A stretch of 30,067 nt of DNA, taken from NCBI GenBank assembly GCA_030740155.1, contig JASLXV010000048.1:1-30067 (forward strand), given 5' to 3'. The stretch comes from Dehalococcoidia bacterium. GTDB taxonomy: Bacteria; Chloroflexota; Dehalococcoidia; Lucifugimonadales; UBA3495. Below, one piece after another: positions 23,324-30,067 of the stretch. Position 1 is the first letter of the stretch. Every line of letters begins with the position of its first letter. The notes under the pieces are model-generated. The model saw only the letters and a list, made by a program, of their open reading frames with translations, had not been told where the DNA came from and did not search any database. Both the position numbers and the translations under genes were made by a program.

Positions 23324-26300
23324 TATGCGCCCTCTCGGCGGTTGACCGGATTGGCGGCGCGACTTGATTTGGCCTGCGGAACCGGTGGCAGTTTGAGGTT
23401 GACCAGATTCGCTATTGGGCCGCAGTTCGCCGATGCGTTGGGGATGTCAACCGGCGGCGGGTCGCCGGCGGTGTTTTGGGCCCGAATCCGGTCGTAGGTG
23501 TCTACGTCCTGGCCGGCGTCGGCGTGATTTCCATTACCGTTATGGCCATTGTGGCCAATAGACCCTGAGACCGGCCGAGCGTGATGACCGTTGCCATTGT
23601 GCCCCGGAGCGCCGTTGGAGTTCCCTACCGGCAGCTTCCGGTGACCGTTGCCGTTTCCGTTGCTCTCCGGTGCCCAACCCGCACCGCCGGGATGGGGTAT
23701 GGTCCCATTGACCGGGAGTGGCGCGTCGTGGTCATTGTGGCCGGAGCCGTTGGTAGCGGCCCCGGCGTAGGCCAGTCTTAAGCCAGATTTATAGGCCGCC
23801 ACCAGACGTTGCAGTTCGTTTTCGGCGCTACTATGCTGTTGCAGCTCCTCTTGATAGCGCTGCAGGAAGTAGTCGATGGTCTCAACCCGGATCTTGATGG
23901 AGCCCGCGGGTTTGTTCTCGTCGATGTCATGGAACGTGAAGAAGGGAGTGCCCGAGGCCTCGATGATTCCCTCCACCACGCTGTAGACGGGTGCGTCGTG
24001 GCCACACTTGAAGTTGGAAAGGTCGATTGCGACCAGGTTGGGGTGGCGGGCCACGTACTTAGCGGCCCACACTTTTCGGTTGGTGTTCTGGCTAAACGAG
24101 TTCTTCCACACGTCGTCAATGTCCATCGGGTCACGGATGATCCCCGCCCGCACTTCATCTCCGAAGAGCCGCTCCAGAACGTCCTCATCCCTGGGCAGCG
24201 AGTCTATGGTGAATACCGTATAGCCCTTGCTCTGAATTTCGGCCATGATCTCGTGGCTCAGGCCGGGATCGCTGTGATAGGGCCGGCCGAGCATCACTAC
24301 CCCGACTCTCCCCTCCTGTTCCAGCCGCTCCATCAATTCCCTTGCCTCTTGGCGCAGCGAGTCAACAGAGCCCTGCCAGGCCTGGAAGGCGATGTCTATT
24401 GCCTCGCTATTCTCTTTAGCCGTGATCTTCAGGAGCGGAGCGAAGCAGTCATACATCTGCATCCGGAAGAGCGCCGGGTCTCCCATGTCCAGGCCGGGTG
24501 TGATGTACTGGATGCCGTGCTCCGCGAAGACGTCCCCTTCCTTGGTATAGGCCGCTCTCACCACGTCCGGCGTGATCGAAACGGAGGGGCAGGGAGCGTT
24601 GTCCACCGCGTTGGGAATGTCGGCGGGCAGCTTGCGCAGGATGGGGAGGAAGATGATGTTCGGCCGTTTCCTCTCCCTCTGGTCGAACATGAGGTTGTGC
24701 ACGTGGGCGATGACCGACTTGCTGGGGAAGCACTGGTCGATGGAGCCTCGCCGGGACCCTTTGAACCACATGGCGGGGCTGGTGTGGGAGGAAAAAATAA
24801 TGTTCTGGGAGCCGACCCCCAAGGCCTCGAAATATGACCGGAAGAAGGGCGCCAGGCTGTACATGTTCAGCACCCGCGGTATTCCGATCTTGATGTCCCG
24901 TCGCAGTTTCTTGATCTCCCCGAAGTCCGGAGTCTGCTCACGAGAGTCCCGTTTAAGGAGGCGGGCCCATAGCTTGTTGGGCCTTCGGGCGGCGTCTTGG
25001 CCGTCGTCCCTTCGTATCGTACTCACTTTGGGAGGATTGAGGCTTCGGAAAGGCTCTTCCGACGCCCGCTCCACGAAGTTGGGGTAGTTCTTTTTGACCT
25101 CGTCCAGCCGCGCTTTGACCACCCGCATGTCCTCCACCTTCTCCACGGCGCCCTTTTCGCAGGTGGCGATGATGAAGCGGCGGTTATCTCCTCCGGGCAC
25201 CCGGGTATCCACGAAAGTCCGCAGGCAGGTATTCTTGCAATAGTTGCACCGGGTAGACTCGTCCCTGGTGGTGGTGAATTCCAGGGTCTCGGCCGCGGCC
25301 AGGCCGATGAACGTGGAATCCCGGCCGCCTGCCGCCCGAATCGCCTCCAGGGCAGCGCCGATGGCGCCGCTCTCCCCGGTGAACCGGTGGACGCGGATGT
25401 TGACTCCGGGCACTCTCGATTTGATGAAATCGTACTGGGCTTTGACGGCGGCCAGGTTGTGCTGGGTGCCGCCCTGCAGGACGAAGTTGGCGCCGAACTT
25501 GCCCAGGTTGGGCTCCGCCACGACGTATAGCCAGATGTTCTTGGGCAGGACTTGGGCCAAGCCGGCCATGATCTCTTTCTTTTCCCACCCCATCTGCTGG
25601 AAGTTGACGATGTCCGTCTCCATGAAGACGGCACAGCCGAAGTTGAATACCGGTAGCCGCTCGGCGGAGAACGCCACGTCGGCGAATTCCTCCACGGAGT
25701 AACCGAACCTTTCGGCGGTGTTCTGAAGGAAATAGCCATTGCCGGCGGAGCACTGGGTATTCAGCTTGAAGTCTTTGACCTTGCCGTTGCTGAGGATGAT
25801 GACCTTGATGTCTTGGCCGCCCACATCGACGATCACGTCCACGTCGTCATAGTAGTGCAGGGCGGACTTGGTGTGGGCCACCGTCTCCACGATGGCCACA
25901 TCGGCCGCCAGGGCCTCTTTCAGCATGTCCTTGGCGTAGCCGGTGGTCCCAAGCCCCAGCACCGAGAGGATGGCCCCCTGGCTTTCGACGTGCTCACGAA
26001 GGCTCTTCAAGATGTCCTGGCTATCCGCCAGAGGGTTGCCCTTGGATAGCTGGTAGGCGGTGGCCAGCACGATGCCGTCCGGGTCCATCAGGACGCCCTT
26101 AGTCGAGGTGGAGCCGCCGTCGATGCCAATGAAGGCCTCGACCTCCTGACCGGGGGAAAAGGAGGCCGGGCTCCACGGTTCCCTGGCGAAGATCCGCTTG
26201 AACTCCGCCAGTTCCTCGTCGGTCCGCCAGAGCCCCACGTCTCCCGACGCCTCCCGCAACCGGGTGCGGCCCACGTCGATGAAGTCCTCCAGTTCCGCGG

Positions 26301-27234
26301 TGCCCTGGTACGTTCCAACGGGAGCATCTTCGCTCTTGCCAAACAGCACCGCGCCGATGGCGGCGAAGTACTCGGCGTTTTCCGGGACCACGATCAGGTC
26401 TTGCGGGTCCACTCCCTCGGGCAGCGGGGTGTTCCGCTCCTCCCATATCTTGGGGATGTTGTGCTTCCAACAGTCGCGAATGGCCGGAATGAAGGTGTTG
26501 GGACCACCCAGGAGGAGCACCTTGGGCTGGAGAGTGCTGCCCCGGGTGAGGACGCTGAGGTTTTGCTGGACGAGGGCCTCGAAAAGGGACGCCATCAGCT
26601 GTTCGGCCGGCACCCCCTGCTTCTGAAGCCCGATTATGTCGGTCTCGGCGAAGACCCCGCACTTGCCGGCGACGGGGTGAAGCTTGACGTCGAAATACGG
26701 CAAGGTCTGTAGGTCGCCGTTGCTGAGCTGAAGCTTGGCGTTGATCTTGTCGATGACGGCGCCGGTACCCCCGGCGCACTTGTCGTTCATGCTGGGCACT
26801 TTGCGTTTGGCGCCGGTCTCTTCATCGGTGAACCAAATGATGATCTTGGCGTCCTGCCCTCCCAGCTCGATCACCGACCCGGTGTCCGGTTCTAGTTGTT
26901 CCACCGCCAGAGAGACCGCGTTGACCTCTTGGACGAACTTGGCCCCAAGGAATTTCGCCATGATGCGGGAGCCGCTGCCGGTGATGAAGATACGCGTCGC
27001 ACCCTGGATCAAGGTGAAGGCTTCCTCGATTTGGCGAAGGAACTCGAGGACTTTTTCCGGCTGTTTGGATTGGTGCCGCCCGTAGGCTTTCCAGAGGATC
27101 TCGTCGGTGTCGGGGTCCATGACGACTACCTTCACCGCGGTCGAACCCACATCCAGGCCGATCATCAGGCTGGCAGAAGGAACTCCGCGCTCCGGGCCGG
27201 GGCCATGAAGGCCGGTGTCAAGCACTATGCTCAA
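23323..27234 (-). CDS. Double BcrA/BcrD-type ATPase activase plus DUF2229 domain (PlsA/Ger-like), with a low-complexity C-terminal tail
   Basis: Two ASKHA activase units (GLDVGSTAVK/ELGGQDAK/MNDKCAGGTG/KCGVFAETD and GIDGGSTSTK/DVGGQDIK/NTQCSAGNG/GCAVFMETD), CNYCKNTC, IGIPRVLNMY...CFPSK...FKCGHDA and DENKPAGSIKIRVET. Confidence 0.9.
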   Translation of the reverse strand: MSIVLDTGLHGPGPERGVPSASLMIGLDVGSTAVKVVVMDPDTDEILWKAYGRHQSKQPEKVLEFLRQIEEAFTLIQGATRIFITGSGSRIMAKFLGAKFVQEVNAVSLAVEQLEPDTGSVIELGGQDAKIIIWFTDEETGAKRKVPSMNDKCAGGTGAVIDKINAKLQLSNGDLQTLPYFDVKLHPVAGKCGVFAETDIIGLQKQGVPAEQLMASLFEALVQQNLSVLTRGSTLQPKVLLLGGPNTFIPAIRDCWKHNIPKIWEERNTPLPEGVDPQDLIVVPENAEYFAAIGAVLFGKSEDAPVGTYQGTAELEDFIDVGRTRLREASGDVGLWRTDEELAEFKRIFAREPWSPASFSPGQEVEAFIGIDGGSTSTKGVLMDPDGIVLATAYQLSKGNPLADSQDILKSLREHVESQGAILSVLGLGTTGYAKDMLKEALAADVAIVETVAHTKSALHYYDDVDVIVDVGGQDIKVIILSNGKVKDFKLNTQCSAGNGYFLQNTAERFGYSVEEFADVAFSAERLPVFNFGCAVFMETDIVNFQQMGWEKKEIMAGLAQVLPKNIWLYVVAEPNLGKFGANFVLQGGTQHNLAAVKAQYDFIKSRVPGVNIRVHRFTGESGAIGAALEAIRAAGGRDSTFIGLAAAETLEFTTTRDESTRCNYCKNTCLRTFVDTRVPGGDNRRFIIATCEKGAVEKVEDMRVVKARLDEVKKNYPNFVERASEEPFRSLNPPKVSTIRRDDGQDAARRPNKLWARLLKRDSREQTPDFGEIKKLRRDIKIGIPRVLNMYSLAPFFRSYFEALGVGSQNIIFSSHTSPAMWFKGSRRGSIDQCFPSKSVIAHVHNLMFDQRERKRPNIIFLPILRKLPADIPNAVDNAPCPSVSITPDVVRAAYTKEGDVFAEHGIQYITPGLDMGDPALFRMQMYDCFAPLLKITAKENSEAIDIAFQAWQGSVDSLRQEARELMERLEQEGRVGVVMLGRPYHSDPGLSHEIMAEIQSKGYTVFTIDSLPRDEDVLERLFGDEVRAGIIRDPMDIDDVWKNSFSQNTNRKVWAAKYVARHPNLVAIDLSNFKCGHDAPVYSVVEGIIEASGTPFFTFHDIDENKPAGSIKIRVETIDYFLQRYQEELQQHSSAENELQRLVAAYKSGLRLAYAGAATNGSGHNDHDAPLPVNGTIPHPGGAGWAPESNGNGNGHRKLPVGNSNGAPGHNGNGHHARPVSGSIGHNGHNGNGNHADAGQDVDTYDRIRAQNTAGDPPPVDIPNASANCGPIANLVNLKLPPVPQAKSSRAANPVNRREGA

Positions 27235-27329
27235 GGCGTCAAACCTCTTATCAAATTTCGTCTATCGGCCACCGGCGAACGTGCCGGAGGCCGGGCGCCG
27301 GCCAGCACCCTTCGGTCACATCCGGCGGG

Positions 27330-28004
27330 TCATTGTCTGGCCCTGGCCGGGTCTGGCGCCAGAGCCGGATCCCGGACCTGGCGGGCCGTGGCCATTATCG
27401 AGTTGCGGGACTGGACCAGAATTCCGCCCATTCCGAATTCCAACAGTTCCCGAACCAAGTCTTTTATCGCGGGCTGTGGTTCCTCCGAGGATGTGAGCTG
27501 GAAGATCACCTCCTTCACCGCCCCTACGATGGAGAAAGACGTGAGGCGCGTGTCACAACGCCGGACCAGATTCATGGCAACGCCCAAATCCAGGGAGCGC
27601 TGTATCATCCCGGCGGCTTCGCTGTATAAATCCTCCAGCTTGCGCACCACCGTGCGGTCCAGGGTGTTGGTTTGGTGCAGGACTATGCGGGTGAGGTCCC
27701 TTTCCCCCAAAACCAGGTTGAGGACCCGCGTCAGGTTATCCTGGATCTGGGCCAGGGGCGTCGGCGCCGCCGGGGCCAGGGATATGGGCCGAATGGACTC
27801 GCGCAGGTCCTGTAGGAAGGTGTCCAGGATGCTCTGAAATAGATGCAGTTTGCTGTCGAAGTATAGGTAGAAAGTACTCCTGGCGATGCCTGCTTCCCGG
27901 ACAACCTGAGAGATGCTGGTGGCGCGATAACCCCTGCCGGCGAAGGCCTCTTTGGCGCAACGAACCAATCTTGCTCTTCTCGGGTCTTGTGATCCGCTAT
28001 TCAT
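27330..28004 (-). CDS. TetR/AcrR-family transcriptional regulator
   Basis: F..RGYRATSISQVVREAGIARSTFYLYFDSK HTH. Confidence 0.95.
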   Translation of the reverse strand: MNSGSQDPRRARLVRCAKEAFAGRGYRATSISQVVREAGIARSTFYLYFDSKLHLFQSILDTFLQDLRESIRPISLAPAAPTPLAQIQDNLTRVLNLVLGERDLTRIVLHQTNTLDRTVVRKLEDLYSEAAGMIQRSLDLGVAMNLVRRCDTRLTSFSIVGAVKEVIFQLTSSEEPQPAIKDLVRELLEFGMGGILVQSRNSIMATARQVRDPALAPDPARARQ

Positions 28005-28067
28005 GTGTCCGTGATCGGCGAAACATTATCAAAAAACTACCCTGTACTCTCCGATGGCTGCGCCCAC

Positions 28068-28081
28068 TATGTCAAGACATA
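28068..28081. promoter_or_regulatory. Candidate TetR operator overlapping a TTGACA hexamer
   Basis: TATGTC-AA-GACATA palindrome 64 nt upstream of tetR; it contains TTGACA on the minus strand. Confidence 0.45.
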
Positions 28082-28155
28082 TTCCAGAGAAATGACCGAT
28101 TATTACCAATAACCAGGGAAGCGCGGGCGGCCCCGGGCCGCATTACAGGTACGTT

Positions 28156-28194
28156 CAGGACGAACCGGCAGGACGAACCGGCAGGACGAACCGG
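28156..28194 (+). repeat. Perfect tandem repeat 3 x 13 bp (CAGGACGAACCGG)
   Basis: Units at 28156, 28169 and 28182. Confidence 0.95.
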
Positions 28195-28281
28195 GAGGTT
28201 CCCGCGTGCAGGGGCGATTGGCCAATCGCTCTCAGGTATCAGGGCAGGTCTGCCTAACCAAGGCGCCAGGATTCGGATTGG

Positions 28282-28848
28282 CTACCGGCGCCGCCTTGCC
28301 GGTTCCCTCTTGGAGTCCAGCCGTGGGGAGATGGACAACACCAACGGATCGCATCCCAATTCCTGTATTGTTTCTCGCACCGCACTGACCAGGGGCGGCA
28401 TCTCCTCGCTGTGAAACAGGTGCCCGCGGCAGCGGCAATCGGAGGAGCCGAAGCGCCGAAAAACCTCGAACTGCCGGCCCAGAGAGATGGCTAGCTGGCA
28501 TTCCAGCGGCCGCGAGGTGTGACCGGCTATGATTGCCGCGGGCTTGCCGCGAGGGAGGAGGTAGTCGAGATGCCAACGGGGACGGGGGTGTGGGCTCAGG
28601 TGGTGCCGGATGCGATTCCCTATCCCGGCCATGGCCGAGCCAATATAGATGTAGCATCCGACCGGAAAGGCGAGGCGCCCGAGACGGCCAACGGTTACCG
28701 TAGTCTCGCGGGAGAGAACGAACAGCAAGGCGTAAATTCCGGGCCGCCGCTTGTCCTCTTCTTCCCAGGGGCCGGCCTGCAGCCCGGCCTGTGCCGGGTG
28801 AGTTCGGCGTCCGGTGGTGGTGCCCCTTCTCCTGACCTTATCGTTCAC
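28282..28848 (-). CDS. GIY-YIG/Uri-superfamily endonuclease (DUF123-like); start uncertain
   Basis: GIYALL...VGRLG...GCYIYIGSA...R..HH...RWHLDYL...EC...FGSSDCRCRGHLF. Confidence 0.85.
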   Translation of the reverse strand: MNDKVRRRGTTTGRRTHPAQAGLQAGPWEEEDKRRPGIYALLFVLSRETTVTVGRLGRLAFPVGCYIYIGSAMAGIGNRIRHHLSPHPRPRWHLDYLLPRGKPAAIIAGHTSRPLECQLAISLGRQFEVFRRFGSSDCRCRGHLFHSEEMPPLVSAVRETIQELGCDPLVLSISPRLDSKREPARRRR

Positions 28849-28927
28849 TCAACCATCCGGGCTACTTGAACCGTCTCCACCGCCAGAACTTCGGCAAGCA
28901 CACCATTTTGGCAAGCCGGTAGCGGCC

Positions 28928-29545
28928 CTAGTTCACCAGGTATAGTGTAGGGTAGATGAACACCCAGGCCACGTCCACGAAGTGCCAGTACTTGACGGTC
29001 CCCTCGACGCCCCAGTAGTTCTCATGGGTGAACCGGCCGTCCCTCCCCAATCTGTAGACGATGGTCAGGGCGATCAGGCCGGTTAGAACGTGGAAGGCGT
29101 GAATTCCGGTCATGGTGAAAAAGAGGGTCCCGAACCCCCCACGGGGCGGAAAGTGCTCGAACGCCTCTTTCCACTCCCACCCCACCCCGGCCATGAAGAG
29201 GGCCCCCAGACCAAGGGTTGCCAGGAGGTTTCTTCGAAAGCCCACCGTATTACCGTGGGCGGCGAAAATCTCTGCCCGGTAAGCGGTCAGGCTGCTCCCG
29301 ATCAGGATTATGGTGATGAGCAGGCCCAGCATCTGATTGAGGTCCTCCGGCCGGGCCAGTCCTTGGAGGAAATAGCGGGAAGTGATGAGTGCGCCGAAAA
29401 GGAAGCTTTCAGAAAGGATGAACAGCCACAGCCCGAGCCGGTTGATGGTCAAGCGACTGGGGTGATGCGCGCCGGCGGAGGTTGAATGGGCCGGGTCACG
29501 GCCACTTGATTGGGGTTGGACCCGGGCAGTAGGATCGGCTGACAT
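28928..29545 (-). CDS. ctaE: Heme-copper (cytochrome c) oxidase subunit III
   Basis: GLWLFILSESFLF, TGIHAFHV and YWHFVDVAWVFIYPTLY. Confidence 0.93.
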   Translation of the reverse strand: MSADPTARVQPQSSGRDPAHSTSAGAHHPSRLTINRLGLWLFILSESFLFGALITSRYFLQGLARPEDLNQMLGLLITIILIGSSLTAYRAEIFAAHGNTVGFRRNLLATLGLGALFMAGVGWEWKEAFEHFPPRGGFGTLFFTMTGIHAFHVLTGLIALTIVYRLGRDGRFTHENYWGVEGTVKYWHFVDVAWVFIYPTLYLVN

Positions 29546-29752
29546 CTATTCCTCCGGGTGCCACAGCTGGCGCACGTGCATAAAGAAATACAGGATGAGC
29601 GCCGCGTCCACGATATTCATGAGAATCATGTAAACCAGGTTGCCCGAATCCACAGCCAGCCCCAGAACGTACTCACCCGCAGCCAGGACCACCAGGACGA
29701 TGAAGACCAGCAGCCCCACCCGCATCGGCGACTTCAGGTCGGAGTCTTTCAC
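29546..29752 (-). CDS. Cytochrome c oxidase subunit IV (prokaryotic)
   Basis: Small hydrophobic protein with L.VL...EY and A.LILYFFMHV, between subunits I and III; AGGAGG RBS. Confidence 0.8.
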   Translation of the reverse strand: MKDSDLKSPMRVGLLVFIVLVVLAAGEYVLGLAVDSGNLVYMILMNIVDAALILYFFMHVRQLWHPEE

Positions 29753-29793
29753 GGGTTACCTCCTTCCGGAAATTGGGGTAGCGAAGGCGGGCC

Positions 29794-30067
29794 TCATATC
29801 GATTCCTCTCGGCTCGCTTTTGTAGAGGGCAGTTCCGGCGCGTCGGATGCTCCGGCTACACCGACTATGGCGTGGACCGAGCCGGGGACGCCGTAATCAT
29901 AGGGGTCACCAACCACCCTCGGCGGGTAGAGGAAATTCTCCAGCGGAGGAGGCGAGGAGGTCTGCCACTCCAGGGTCCTGGCCTGCCACGGGTTGGAGGA
30001 GGCAGCCCTGCCCCGTACCCAGGAGTAGGCCAGGTTGACGGTGAACAACACCATGCTGGCGCCCAGG
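29794..30067 (-). CDS. ctaD: Cytochrome c oxidase subunit I, C-terminal part (partial)
   Basis: NPWQARTLEWQTSSPPPLENF...PYDYG; the frame stays open to the window edge. Confidence 0.9.
   Translation of the reverse strand, partial: LGASMVLFTVNLAYSWVRGRAASSNPWQARTLEWQTSSPPPLENFLYPPRVVGDPYDYGVPGSVHAIVGVAGASDAPELPSTKASREESI

Noticed and set aside
21728..27234. Benzoyl-CoA reductase
   Set aside because: The fused double activase + DUF2229 architecture differs from four-subunit BcrABCD, and no ring-degradation genes are nearby.
28156..28194. CRISPR array
   Set aside because: The units are 13 bp with no spacers, and there are no cas genes.

Overview
This GC-rich bacterial window looks like a Chloroflexota/Dehalococcoidia (SAR202-like) chromosome; the taxonomy is inferred from gene style and repeats, not shown. 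It opens with a mobile-DNA scar: the left end of an IS3-family element abuts the C-terminal remnant of a probable large serine recombinase, followed by a tmRNA-like att fragment and a 5'-truncated sucC. Housekeeping and metabolic genes follow: sucD, gatB, secG, a DUF62 SAM hydrolase, orphan E1 alpha/beta, a Tat-less molybdopterin oxidoreductase operon with a MoaD-like protein ending GG-A, an SDR, an NHL protein and an internally deleted ABC binding-protein relic. There are two standout systems. (1) A two-gene non-cellulosomal cohesin-dockerin surface module (15019-18613): a secreted protein with six PPC-like repeats, a cohesin and a dockerin, plus a membrane-anchored Pro/Thr-stalked cohesin. 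(2) A TetR + PlsA/Ger-like + PlsR-like operon (21728-28004), a candidate plasmalogen/ether-lipid synthase next to heme-copper oxidase genes. Also present are a macrodomain gene broken at a G9 tract, an IMPDH paralogue with GMP-reductase-like motifs and several REP-like repeats. All family calls come from motif recognition by eye; no searches were run.
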